Shown: positions 26,640 through 40,420, counted from the first letter of the stretch. The stretch: 64,000 nucleotides of DNA from Octopus vulgaris (GCA_951406725.2 OX597839.1:10664001-10728000); one strand, 5' to 3'. Notes: generated from the sequence alone by a model not told the origin. Numbers and translations: made by a program.

Positions 26640-26833
26640 ACCGTTGGCGATTTTTTTCCCTCCATCTTCCCTTCTCTGGATCTTTCCTTTTCCTATGTTT
26701 CTGACGAAGAGCTCCGCTCGAAACGTTAAACCCTCCTTCTTCCCTTCCTTCCTGAGCGTCCAATAATACTATATTTGTTCCACGTCCTCGCGTTGTTGTG
26801 TTTTCTCTTTGTGTTTTCATGTTTGGATTAACT
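26640..26833 (+). mobile_element. Short Penelope-type unit P1 ending in (TA)n
   Basis: Contains a hammerhead motif and the CCTGAGCG..AATAC block shared with P2. Confidence 0.6.
26697..26731 (+). ncRNA. Minimal type I hammerhead ribozyme motif
   Basis: GUUU-CUGACGA-A-GAGC(UCC)GCUC-GAAA-CG-UU-AAAC: 4-bp stem I, intact core, 4-bp stem II, and a self-complementary AACGUU in place of stem III. Confidence 0.6.
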
Positions 26834-26852
26834 ATATATATATATATATATA

Positions 26853-27038
26853 ACGGGAAGGTTTACGAAAATAAACAAAAGACGAAGGCAGGTGGAGTAC
26901 AAACAAACAAATGTATTAGTATGGCGCTCAGGAATAGAAATAGAACAAGTCTTTTACGTTTCGAGCCTACGCTCTTCGACAGAAAGATACACAGAAAAAA
27001 AACAAGGAGAGAAAAAAATGCGTGTAGGCGCTAACGAT
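26853..27038 (-). mobile_element. Short Penelope-type unit P2
   Basis: Homologous to 41291-41465 (-), 44417-44570 (+) and 108-190 (+); variant hammerhead motif at 26950-26987. Confidence 0.7.
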
Positions 27039-27059
27039 AACCATCTCTCTTCCCCTCCC

Positions 27060-27111
<52 letters not shown>

Positions 27112-27288
27112 GATGGGCTGCTTTCAATCTCCGTCTACTAAATCCACTCCCAAGACCTTGGTCGGCCCGGGATTAAAGTTGAAAACACGTGCCCTAGTCA
27201 TAGTGCCATGCAATGGAACAGAACCCGCAACCAAATGGTTGAGAAGCAGACATCTTACCACATAACGACGTCGTCTACAAAACGTTTA

Positions 27289-27289
<1 letters not shown>

Positions 27290-27363
<74 letters not shown>

Positions 27364-27444
27364 ATATACTCTCTCACCTCTGCCACTATCTGGCGTATAC
27401 AGGTGCTTACACTTATCAAGTATTCACTCTAAACTTACAGTACC

Positions 27445-27510
<66 letters not shown>

Positions 27511-27561
27511 ATGTATATATATATAATATATATATAATGTATATATTTATCTATATATCTA

Positions 27562-27597
<36 letters not shown>

Positions 27598-27764
27598 ATG
27601 TATATATTTATCTATATATCTATCTATCTCTCTATATATATAATGTATATATTTATCTATATATCTATATATATAATGTATATATTTATCTATATATCTA
27701 TTTATCTATATATATATAATGTATCTATATATATATATATATATATATATAATGTATCTATCAA

Positions 27765-27806
<42 letters not shown>

Positions 27807-27952
27807 GTATATATTTATCTATATATCTATATATATATATATGTAATGTATATATTTATCTATATATATATATATAATGTATATATTTATCTATATATCT
27901 ATCTATCTATATATATATATATAATGTATCTATCTTTCTATCTATCTATCTA

Positions 27953-28024
<72 letters not shown>

Positions 28025-28035
28025 ATGTATATATT

Positions 28036-28068
<33 letters not shown>

Positions 28069-28070
28069 CT
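27290..28070. repeat. (TA)n array with higher-order TATAATGTATATATTTATCTA units
   Basis: Seen directly. Confidence 0.9.
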
Positions 28071-28527
28071 TTGACTGTCTCTCACGAATCACTGAAAGGC
28101 CCAGAATACGCTTTGCGTGTCACATTATTACAGTAGAACGTAGACATGCCATTAGTAAGAAGGAACGGATTGGACAAAGAAGACTGTTAAATGAAGCATT
28201 CTTAGTGCCAAAAGCAGTGATAATCCAGTCGGCATCCCATGAAGAATTAGCGTTGATTAATTCTAAATTAAATACTAGCTTTATAAGAAGCTAATTACTC
28301 TCTATAGGGGTTGGTGGAAATTTGTCACAGTATTTACATAATTACGTTATTGGTTCGTTGGCCCACGATATAAATCTTCTTCGAGATCCGTTTGTGCCAA
28401 TTCCCCAAAGCTTTCTTCCTCCTTTCCTACTCCGCCCCCCCTCCCCGCCAACCGCCCCGCGTTAAGTAAGTAGCTTTAGATAAATGGTTTATCATAGTAC
28501 CGCCAAAAATTACTTTGTAGCCATGTC

Positions 28528-28543
28528 TGCGCCACCTGGCGGC
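28528..28543 (-). promoter_or_regulatory. CTCF-like motif next to GC boxes
   Basis: Minus strand reads GCCGCCAGGTGGCGCA; CCGCCC boxes at about 28432 and 28452. Confidence 0.45.
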
Positions 28544-28624
28544 TGTTTCGAAACCGGCGAACAACAGCTGCTGAGACATGTCACCACCACCACCGCCACT
28601 TCTACTACTACTACTACTACTACT

Positions 28625-28664
<40 letters not shown>

Positions 28665-28696
28665 TACTACTACTTTCTACTACTACTACTACTACT

Positions 28697-28728
<32 letters not shown>

Positions 28729-28765
28729 TTACTTACTACTACTACTACTACTACTACTACTACCA

Positions 28766-28806
<41 letters not shown>

Positions 28807-28998
28807 GTTGTTTGGTCACATTTGCTTGATTGGTGTGGCCATTTCACTCACAACGAGACTATTGGTCACGTGACTGTAACTTATCATTCGCCCATGATAA
28901 TCAGGATTTTAATTAGTGCCTGGATGAAATGGCAATTAGAACGAGAGATCGAATTTCGTTAGTGTAATTAAGTGTGTGTGTGTGTATGTGTATACGCA

Positions 28999-29031
<33 letters not shown>

Positions 29032-29431
29032 GTGCTTCTACCGTTGATTGATTCATTCTATTATTTAATAATATAATGAAGCATTGAGCAAGCAGAATCG
29101 TTAGCACACCGGACGAAATGCCTCGAAGCATTTCATCCGTCTTTGCGTTCTAAGTTCAAATGGCGCCGAGTTTGCCTTTGCTTTTCTTCATTTCGGGGTC
29201 AATGAAATATGTACCAGTTCGGTACTAATGTCGAGATAATCGACTACACCACCCCCCACAACCAAATTTTTTTTTTATTCTTTATGCTAGAGAGTTTCAA
29301 ATTCCATTCAGGACTACTTTGCCTTTCGTCCTTTCAGGGTCGATTAATCAAGTAGTAACCAGTCGAGCACTGGGGTTGATATAATCCACTAGGCCCCCTT
29401 CCCTCGAAATATCAGGCTTATACACATTGCT

Positions 29432-29627
29432 CTTTACTCTTTTACTTGTTTCAGTCATTTGACTGCGGCCATGCTGGAGCACCGCCTTTAGTTGAGCAAA
29501 TCTACCCCGGGACTTATTCTTTGTAAGCTTAGTACTTATTCTATCTGTCTCTTTTGCCGAACCGCTGAGTTACGGGGACGTAAACACACCAAGATCGGTT
29601 GTCAAGCGATGTTGCGGGACAAACACA

Positions 29628-29666
<39 letters not shown>

Positions 29667-29835
29667 ACTCACATATATATACATATACATATATACGACG
29701 GGCTTCTTTTCAGTTTCCGTCTACCAAATCCACTCACAAGGCTTTGGTCGGCCCGAGGCTATAGTAGAAGACACTTGCCCAAGGTGCCGCCACGCAGTGG
29801 GACTGAACCCGGAATCATGTGGTTGGCAAGCAAGC
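29432..29835 (-). mobile_element. SINE family A
   Basis: Near full-length reverse-complement match. Confidence 0.9.
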
Positions 29836-29959
29836 TACTTACCACGCGACCACTCCGGTCCCTTGTACCAAAATAAGAAAGAATTATTGTGTAGAATCAA
29901 AAATTTTGCCATATTTTGGTAACTTATTTACTTTACTCGTCAAGGTACAACAAAGGCAG

Positions 29960-30115
29960 CCCAGCATTCGAAGTAGGGACCATCATGCTGCACCGTCTGA
30001 AGCCAACTTTCTGCTAGTTCTTGGGTCCCACATTGATTCCTGTTCTTGTCTTGCGAAGCGCAGAACTTCACACCGAAGCTTCCACTTTCTCTTTGAGGGT
30101 CCATATAAGATTTTG
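29960..30115 (-). pseudogene. Possible RTE-type LINE C-terminal relic
   Basis: KILYG...LRF...KLASDGAA*WSLL resembles the RTE motifs ILYG / LA.DR..WR; heavily decayed. Confidence 0.3.
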
Positions 30116-30134
30116 TTGTTAATATTAGGAAGGA

Positions 30135-30475
30135 GCCAGGGAAGGAGCCAGGCTGGGAGGTGGGGATAGGGAAGAAACTACGGACCAGGAGGTCGCGCAG
30201 GTTATGGGCTCGTTTGAAGGAGAGAAGGGGAAGATGTGCGAGGTGGGGTAGTTGGAATGGAGTCGCCGGAAGGCTCGGAGAATGGTGCGTTGGGGAGTGG
30301 CAGGGTGGAGGGGTGGAGGGGTGGAAGGTGGGGGAAACAGGAGATGGGCAACGGCGGAGCGGGTGCGGGGAGGAGGAACAGAGGCACGGTCCACGGAACG
30401 TGCCCTGAAAGTGCAGTGCAAATAGTGGTGAGGAGATATCCACGTAGGATGAAAGGGCAAGCCATGAGTTGAGAC
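30135..30475 (-). pseudogene. Penelope-like element ORF fragment (RT thumb to GIY-YIG linker)
   Basis: Across frameshifts: M..PFILRGY...RARSVDR...PTFHP...ILRAFRRL...[24 protein letters not shown]...QPGSFP, the PLE linker signature. Confidence 0.8.
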
Positions 30476-30605
30476 ACTCGTATACGCATATATACATTCA
30501 CACATATATATATATATATATATACACATACATACATACATATATATATATATACACACACATACATATATATATATATACATATATATATACATATATA
30601 AATAC

Positions 30606-30682
<77 letters not shown>

Positions 30683-30945
30683 CATACATACATACATACA
30701 CATACCGAAAAAAAATTTTTCTCTTATGAGGTTTTTCACGCTAACTACTTGATAAATTCTTATGAAGATTTTATCCTATTTTAAAATTATATATTTATAT
30801 ATACACACACACGCTCATACATATATCTAAATGTTTGTATATGCGTATATGCGTATATGCATGTATGTATGTATGTATATATGTATGTATGTATGTATAT
30901 AGAGGGATAGAGAGAAAGAGAAAGAGAGATAGATTGATTGATGTT

Positions 30946-31001
<56 letters not shown>

Positions 31002-31339
31002 CACGCATATATGTATACACTCACACACGTTACATACAAGCATATATAGATTTATATCTATATTCAACTATTTAGATACAGGTATGTGTGTAAAATACTC
31101 GATATCAAAGGAAACCTAAAATAACGAGGCGCTAAGTATCAGATTTTATATAGATAGATATATCTAGGTTTATGTTGCTATGTATATACGTGTATGTGTA
31201 TATGTGTATGTAAATGTGTGTATATGAATGTAAATGTGTGTATGATTTATAGCTTCGTATGTCATATGTATGTGTGTACGTGTGTGTGCATATATTCATA
31301 TAACATTCATATACATGCGTATGCATACATACATACATA

Positions 31340-31489
31340 CATACATATATATATATATATATGCGAATGTGTGCGCTTGCGTGTATTTGTATATGTATAC
31401 ATAGCTCTTTATATATGTATATATATATATATATGCGAATGTGTGCGCTTGCGTGTATTTGTATATGTATACATGGCTGTTTATATATG

Positions 31490-31565
<76 letters not shown>

Positions 31566-31803
31566 AATGTGTGCGCTTGCGTGTATTTGTATATGTATAC
31601 ATGGCTGTTTATATATGTATATATATGTGTGTATATATATATATGTGTGCGAATGTGTGCACGTGCGTGTATTTGTATATGTATACATGGCTGTTTATAT
31701 ATGTATATATATGTGTGTATATATATATATATATGTGAGCGAATGTGTGCACGTGCGTGTATTTGTATATGTATACATGGGTGTTTATATATGTATATAT
31801 ATG

Positions 31804-31810
<7 letters not shown>
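31340..31810. repeat. Minisatellite, 5 units of GAATGTGTGCRCKTGCGTGTATTTGTATATGTATACATGGCTGTTTA separated by (TA)n
   Basis: Units near 31365, 31437, 31566, 31651 and 31741. Confidence 0.85.
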
Positions 31811-31835
<25 letters not shown>

Positions 31836-32649
31836 AAACCATACCCACACACGCACACACACAAATGCTTGCACACATACACAAAAGCGCGCGCTGGGAA
31901 ATTGTGCGTATCTACGCGCATCTCCATGCCTGGTAGCATAGAGACGTGCGCGTCAGTAATTCTACGTATAGGTTTTATATATGTGGGTCTCCAGATGGGT
32001 GAACATCTCAAACTTCCGCCTTCATCTTAGATCCACAGACAGAGAATTGATTTATTATTAACTTCACTTCTGATCGCTCAGGATGTCATGGCGGACATCT
32101 TTTGAAAGGCTTCCAGTTTTAAGCCTCGTTTGTTCACGATAAATTAGTCATTAGAGATATTTAGTAAAAGAAGGGAAAAATAAAATAAAAACCTATTCTA
32201 CTCTACTCACCGACTGATTGTCTGATTCTCTGACTAACCATTAGATGAGGAGACTCAAAATACAGTTACTTCTCTCTTTCCCCAATTCCACGAGTAAATT
32301 ACCAAACTGATTGGATGATAGACAGATCAAAGATCATTGACTTTTGATATCGGTTATAAAACTATTCTTCAATGAAATCATATTGATTTGCAATATTACT
32401 TCCTGTCGGTACATTTTCAATTTATTGCGACCAGTAATCAAAAAGATCCAGAAATGAACTTTGACAAAGATAGATTTGCCATGCAGTGATGGTCTTTAAT
32501 AGGCGGGCAGACGACAATTGTACTACGCAGACGACGTTTCATTTGACGTTTCCCTGTCAGTCAGTCCGTCTGTCTACCGGTTTGCCTTTGTATTTCTTTG
32601 TCTTTTTTCTCTTTTCCTCTCCCGCTCTCTCTTCCTTTCTCTATATCTA

Positions 32650-32879
32650 TGTGTGTGCTTGTTTGTGTGTGTGTGTGTGTGTGTATGTGCGTGTGTGTGT
32701 AAATATGTTTGTGTGTGTATATATATGTATGTATAAATATATATCTAAATATATATACATATATATATCTAAATATGTATACATATATATCTATATATGT
32801 ATACATATATATCTATATATGTATACATATATATCTATATATATGTATATATATATATATATATATATACATATATCTA

Positions 32880-32928
<49 letters not shown>

Positions 32929-32961
32929 ACATATCTATATATGTATATATATATATATATG

Positions 32962-33005
<44 letters not shown>

Positions 33006-33097
33006 TATGTATACATATATATATATATGTATATGTTTGTATGTCTATGAATGTATGTGCGTGAGTGTATGTGTCTACACAATGATATACTATATAA

Positions 33098-33160
<63 letters not shown>

Positions 33161-33185
33161 CACATATATATATATATACATACAT

Positions 33186-33220
<35 letters not shown>

Positions 33221-33290
33221 GGGAGTGGCTCATTACACGCACATATATATGTATGTTTATGTATGTGTCTATATGCATGTATGTATGTAT
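32650..33290. repeat. (TA)n/(CA)n compound microsatellite
   Basis: Seen directly. Confidence 0.95.
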
Positions 33291-33895
33291 TATATGGTTT
33301 CTCTCTTAATTCTCCTATTTTTCGCTTCCTCCGTTTCGATTTTGCCGTATCTTAACTCCTCTCTTTCTCTCACTCGCTCTCCCCCTCTTTTCTTCTCTCT
33401 CTCTCCACCATCCCCCCTCTCTCTCTCTCGTTCTTTCACTAACCTTCAGAGAAAGATTTCTTCTCAGCTATGCGTTCGTTACAATCAAACAGACTGTTCA
33501 CCTCGTCTTCCACCATTAACTAGTAAAATAGAATCTTCTTTCAATTGACCAATCGAAAACTTACAGCTCTTATTTACAGACCATATTTACAGATCACTTA
33601 TAGCCAGACGTTTATTTCCAGAGGTCACTGGGAGATATCACTGATATACTTTATTTACAGACCGTATTAACAAATTGACAGACATTTTAAACAGACTTTA
33701 AACAAACACTTTTATTGACAAATCTTATTGACAGACGTTGACAGTCTTGTATCACAGATCTCATTGACATACCTCGTTGACAGAATTTATTGACGGTCAG
33801 TGTCTAAAGACCTTAGTTCAGTGCATACACACCGCAGGCTTCCCTTCCTAGCTCGAGCCAGTTGGACTTAGACTGAAGGGACGGTAAAAGGTCTT

Positions 33896-34130
33896 AAGGC
33901 GGTGAGATGGCAGAAACGTTAGCACGCCGGGCGAAATGCTTAGCAGTATTTCGTCTGCCGCTACGTTCTGAGTTCAAATTCCGCCGAGGTCGACTTTGCC
34001 TTTCATTCTTTCGGGGTCGATAAATTAAGGACCAGTTATGCACTGGGATCGATATAATCGACTTAATCCGTTTGTCTGTCCTTGTTTGTCCCCTCTGTGT
34101 TTAGTCCCTTCTGGGTAGTAAAGAAATAGG
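33896..34130 (+). mobile_element. SINE family B, full length
   Basis: tRNA-like head with internal hairpin GGCGAAATGC..GTATTTCGTC and a B box. The core resembles the Meta-SINE domain as I recall it. Tail ends AAAGAAATA. Confidence 0.92.
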
Positions 34131-34523
34131 TATGGTAGATTCCCATTCCGCAGCGGTAGGCCCCTCATCTGAGATGCCACATGATGTGACACCTTCACCA
34201 GCGGAAATTTGGTGATGTTCAGCAACCAGCCTAGGTTCTGCTGCTCATCAGGATGAGAAAAACTGTCGAAGTACTGGTTGCTCTTTAACGGGTTTATAGT
34301 ATAGGCTGTGACAGTGGAAACCTCCAGCCTTCTTGGCTCCCAGACCATATCCCTGCCCACTGCTATCGGGGCAGAGGTGGCTGTCGGCAAGTATGTACCT
34401 CGTGAGTCAGAGTGACTGTTTCAGCGTATCCCCCTCGCCATACTCCGGGACAAAGCCTTTCCCATCCTGGCTGTTCGGACCGTGAGGCTGAATTACAAGA
34501 AAACGAGAGAACCATATGAATTG

Positions 34524-34845
34524 TCAAAATACAGGACCAGATACTGCAACAGCTTGGGTTTCAGAGGACCACAGCTCTTTAACACCCTCCCTAAACTCCT
34601 GAGACTTGCATGGTGTGGATGTGGGTTTCTTTAAAACTAAACTGGGTCTCTTCTTGTCGGGGGTCCCAGATGAACCTACCTCACGACAGGAGACACAGAT
34701 GCGGGCAGCGGCATCGAACTCCCTTGTTGACCAAGTGCCACGTATCAGAGGTGGATTCACATATTAGTGTAGCTCATTCAGCGGTGGTGCCCCAGCATGG
34801 CCGCAGCCTTCGGGCTAAAACATTTTTAAGGATTTAAGGATTTAA
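34524..34845 (+). pseudogene. 3' end of a CR1/L2-group LINE (ORF2 C-terminus and 3' UTR)
   Basis: SKYRTRYCNSLGFRGPQLFNTLPKLLR/DLHGVDVGFFKTKLGLFLSGVPDEP...RAAASNSLVDQ...* (one frameshift, stop ends at 34767), then a tail similar to SINE A and (TTTAAGGA)n. Confidence 0.85.
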
Positions 34846-35163
34846 AACCATATTTACTTAGCTTATTGAGTTAAAAGTTAGAGATATTATTCTATCTTTA
34901 TTTTTTATATTTTAGTTATTGGACTGCGGCCATGCTGGGGCATCGCCTTAAAGGGCTTTTTTCGTACAAATCAATCCCAGTACTCTGTTTTAAAGATTGG
35001 TACTTATCCTATCAGTTGCTTTTTACCGAATCACTAAGTTACGAAGACGTAAACAAACCAGCACCGGTTGTAAAGCAGTGATGCGGGACAAATACAAATA
35101 GAGATACAGACACACAGGCACACACACATATATATATATACATGCATGCGTGCATACATACAT

Positions 35164-35256
<93 letters not shown>

Positions 35257-35258
<2 letters not shown>

Positions 35259-35449
35259 CGAGCGGGAGCTGGAAAGTTTCTGGTTTTAAGGTTATCACAA
35301 AAGGCCTGGTTGAAGGCCCAATCTTCCAAGTTCTTTCACAGAACTTAGAAAAACTGAAGGAGAATATGTTGGATAAAATCATAATTAACTGATCTTCCTC
35401 TATTTACTTTTACCCAACGCCAGTAACATTTCAGCACCACCACCCCGTG
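35257..35449 (+). mobile_element. Mariner-derived MITE, empty relative of 49737-50342
   Basis: TA-CGAG.GGG..CTG.AAAGTT terminus; shared GAATATGTT..ATAAAATCATAATTAACTGATC block. Confidence 0.65.
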
Positions 35450-35549
35450 TGTGTATATGTGTGTATGAGTATTGTTTTCTAAATGTATTTTCATCTCCAC
35501 CACAATAACATACACGCTCACACACACATACACAATTACAAATATATAT

Positions 35550-35590
<41 letters not shown>

Positions 35591-35699
35591 GGAGTAAACA
35601 CATAAATGGAACGTGAAACTCAAAGTAACAGGTTTTGTTGAATTTTCTGCTGCTTTTAAATAGAGTATATATATATATGTTCACAACATACACGCACTC

Positions 35700-36205
<506 letters not shown>

Positions 36206-36521
36206 CCCTTGCTACCAGTATGTCAGCTTGTGCAACTCCGTGACGAGAAAGACGGTGTACGATGCTACGGCATCTGCCGAAGGTGTCGGCGGGTTATGTT
36301 CCAGTATGGAAACCGTTCAAGAACTCGGTGGCACCGTGCCACAACAATCATAGCCGTGCCAGAAAGCAAACTCCGAACTTGGAACTTTTGGCAGCAGACA
36401 ACAGGTCTTACCAACTGGAAGAATTCGTCTCGATTCAGTCAGTTAAGTTTGCATATTGGCTTGGAATTGAAACCGTGGAGACCAGGACCGAACGATAATT
36501 CAAGTGGTTTTTATACGTTAA

Positions 36522-36916
36522 CTAGCAGTATCGCCCGGCGTTGCTCGGGTTTGTAAGGGAAATAACTATATAAGCATTTTTAGAGATGTAAAGTATAATA
36601 GCCATCTCAATATGGCTAACCACAAAGGGGGGGGTGTTACTGTAGCTTTCTACGTTCTGAGATTTAATAATAAATTTTTAGAGAGTTACTTCCCTTATAT
36701 ATGCCCAAAATGCATTAAAAATGGGAAAAAATGATGGTAAATTTTTTTTTTAAATCGTAGACTCATCGTAGACGCGCGCTAATACCCAGAAAGGCTCGAT
36801 ATGAATCACGACTATAAGATACCCGCTTTTGGTTAAACTGCACCGCAAAATGTGGGAGTAGTTAGGAATCTAAATCGTAGGAGACAGACACACAACTTCA
36901 CTGTTATATATAAAGA
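36522..36916 (-). mobile_element. Non-autonomous Helitron (family H2)
   Basis: TC...CTAG termini at an AT site; reverse-complement match to 49878-50263. Confidence 0.85.
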
Positions 36917-36992
36917 TGTCCGACTTCATTACAACGACATGCATCGGGAGGGGAAAGTACAATTATTCAATACTATCTATCTTTCTTTTAAT

Positions 36993-37226
36993 TTTTTTAC
37001 TTGTTTCAGTCATTTGACTTGCGGCCATGCTGGAGCACCGCCTTTAGTCGAGCAAATCTACCCCGGGACTTATTCTTTGTAAGCCCAGTACTTATTCTAT
37101 CGGTCTCTTTTTGCTGAACCGCTAAGTGACGGGGACGTAAACACACCAGCATCGGTTGTCAAGAAATGCTAGGGGGACAACCACAGACACACAAACATAT
37201 ACACACATACACATACACACACATAC

Positions 37227-37258
<32 letters not shown>

Positions 37259-37659
37259 TTTACTCTTTTACTTGTTTCAGTCATTTGACTGCGGCCATGC
37301 TGGAGCACCGCCTTTAGTCGAGCAAATCGACCCCGGGACTTATTCTTTGTAAGCCCAGTACTTATTCTATCGGTCTCTTTTTGCTGAACTGCTAAGCGAC
37401 GGGGACGTAAACACACCAGCATCGGTTGTCAAGCAATGCTAGGAGGAAAAACCAGACACACAAACATATACACACATATATATACATACATATATACGAC
37501 AGGCTTCTTTCAGTTTCCGTCTACCAAATCCACTCACAAGGCACTGGTCGGCCGGAGGCTATAGCAGAAGACACTTGCCCAAGATGCCACGCAGTGGGAC
37601 TGAACCCGGAACCATGTGGTTGGTAAGCAAGCTACTTACCACACAGCCACTCCTGCGCC
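36993..37659 (-). mobile_element. SINE family A with tandemly duplicated 3' half
   Basis: 36997-37180 is nearly identical to 37267-37445; the head ends at 37659. Confidence 0.9.
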
Positions 37660-37665
37660 TATGGA

Positions 37666-37899
37666 GGATCTTGTTAAAATTCTTCCAACCACTTGAAGTT
37701 TTCAAATTTTCACCTTATTATTCTCAAAATATGCAGTACAGATGCAGTTTTGCATTCTGATGTCAAAAATCGCATTCATTTTTATCTTCTGGATATTAAG
37801 AATAAAGAAGCTACAAGCATTTAAAACTACATTATAAAATAAATAATCCGGTAAAAATTTGAAGAACTTGAAGTAGTTGGAAGAAATTTAATAAGATCC
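37666..37899. mobile_element. GGATCT-terminal MITE (family M4)
   Basis: About 50-bp imperfect TIRs, GGATCTTGTTAAAATTCTTCCAAC / GTTGGAAGAAATTTAATAAGATCC; flanks TATGGA / TATAGA. Confidence 0.75.
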
Positions 37900-38076
37900 A
37901 ATATAGATTTGCAACAAAGACGTGCTTTCAAATGCAAAGGTAGGACATAGTTGATTAAATCGACCCTTGAGCATGACTGGTACAACTTGATTTATCGATT
38001 CTCAGAAGAATAAGGCAGAAACTAACGAAAAGTAGATACTTCGAAGCATTCTTCCTGTTTTGTCCGCTACTCTACC

Positions 38077-38489
38077 TATTTCTTTACTACCCACAAGGGG
38101 CTAAACACAGAGGGGACAAATAAGGACAGACAAACGGATTAAGTCGATTACATCGACCCCAGTGTATAACTGGTACTTATTTAATCAACCCCGAAAGGAT
38201 AAACGGCAAAGTCGACCTCAGTGGAATTTGAACTCAGAACGTAAAGACAGATGAAATACCTATTTCTTTACTACCCACAAGGGACTAAACACAGAGGGGA
38301 CAAACAAGGACAAACACACGGATTAAGTCGATTATATCGACCCCAGTGCGTAACTGGTGCTTATTTAATCGACCCCGAAAGGATGAAAGGCAAAGTCGAC
38401 ATCGGTGGAATTTGAACTCAGAACGCAGAGGCAGACGAAATACGGCTACGCATTTCGCCCGGCGTGCTAACGTTTCTGCCTGCTCGCCG
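38077..38489 (-). mobile_element. Two SINE B copies joined tail-into-head
   Basis: Junction GAAATACC|TATTTCTTTACT at 38260. Confidence 0.88.
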
Positions 38490-38808
38490 ATGCTCTACCG
38501 TCCTTGCCAACCCACCCCGCCGTGCCACACTCTGTGTAAGGGCAGCATTCTCTAAATCCATACTCTCTAAAACCACAGCCTTTAACAAAGCACTCGTGAA
38601 TACGCCATATATTGGCGCATCGTTTTAATTTCTTGTTCATCATCATCATCATCACGATTACCATCATCAATATCATAATCGTTGTCGTCGTCGTCGTCAT
38701 CATCCTCAGCAGCAGCAGTAGCAGCAGCAGCAGCATTATCCTCATGATGCATCCACGCGCCCCATAATCTCGTTCCGTCATCATTAGTCTCTATCAAAAC
38801 TTATCAAC

Positions 38809-38948
38809 AGGCGCAGGAGTGGCTGTGTGGTAAGTAGCTTACTTACCAACCACATGGTTCCGGGTTCAATCCCACTGCGTGGCACTTAGGGCAAGTGTCT
38901 TCTACTATAGCCTCGGGCCGTCCAAAGCCTTGTGAGTGGATTTGGTAG
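38809..38948 (+). mobile_element. SINE family A, 5' part only
   Basis: Head and CORE-like segment. Confidence 0.85.
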
Positions 38949-39149
38949 GTAGACAGATTTTGTGTTTCGTCAGGCAATATGTAAAAATTGTGTCCGTAAG
39001 TTCAAAATCCTCTACCTTAAGGACATCCTCTCTTTCTGTCGTAGCCTAGATCTAATGGTAGTCACTGAGCTTATCACACCCTGAAACAGTCGTAGGGATT
39101 AAAAAATACATGTCCAACCGTATTCCTTCCTGTTGCCTCCAATCTTTTC

Positions 39150-39153
39150 GATT

Positions 39154-39194
<41 letters not shown>

Positions 39195-39197
39195 CAT

Positions 39198-39271
<74 letters not shown>

Positions 39272-39427
39272 TATATACATATATTCATATATATACATAT
39301 ATATATATATATTCATATATATATATATACATATACACATATATATATTCATACATATATTCATATATATATACACACACATATATATATGCATATATAT
39401 ATATATACACACACATATATATACACA

Positions 39428-39471
<44 letters not shown>

Positions 39472-39910
39472 TAGGTATATGTATATATATATATACCCCC
39501 CACACACACACAAACAAATATATATGGAGAGAGAGAGGGAGAGAGAGAGAGGCGGACAGACAGACAGACACAGAAGTAAGGAAATTTCTGAAAGAGGGTG
39601 ACTCAAAGAGATAAAAATCAGTGTATGTGAGGGAGATATAGAGAGATGGTTAGATGTAGAGATCAAATTAATAGTGGGGTTTGAGTAAGGGACGGTCGAG
39701 TGTGTGGCGTTTCGAAGTGGTTTGTGTATATTTAATAGAGAGTTTGTAAATGGATTTGTAAATGGTTTATTGTTGAAATTACGGCATGCCATTAGGATTG
39801 GATTTAATTCACAAAGGAATAGATTTATTTATACAGACAGAGTACTTTTCTAATGTCAAATTAGATCGGATTCATAGAATATACTTGTATATGTGTATGT
39901 ATAGGAATGC

Positions 39911-39953
<43 letters not shown>

Positions 39954-40036
39954 CATATATACATATATATATATATATGTAATGTCATATAATATAAAAT
40001 ATAATATATAAACATATATATATACATAAACATATG

Positions 40037-40082
<46 letters not shown>

Positions 40083-40359
40083 ATAAAATAAAATATATAA
40101 ACATATATATAATTATACATAAACATATGTATGTATATTTATACATACATAAACATATGTATACATAAATATATATATATACACACATATATATATACGT
40201 GTGTATACATTTATATTGATGTAAGAACATATATACACGTATGCATATGTATATATACATGTGAGTGTGTGTAAATATAAAATGTAAATGTTCACATGTA
40301 TATATATACATACTTAAATATTTATATATGTATACAAACGTACATATATCCATACATAC

Positions 40360-40412
<53 letters not shown>

Positions 40413-40420
40413 CATACTCT
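39150..40420. repeat. (TA)n/(CA)n microsatellite field
   Basis: Seen directly; interrupted by unique sequence at about 39560-39880. Confidence 0.85.

Noticed and set aside
36209-36556. Non-repetitive ORFs of 78-115 aa
   Set aside because: No recognisable domain or convincing splice sites; left unclassified.
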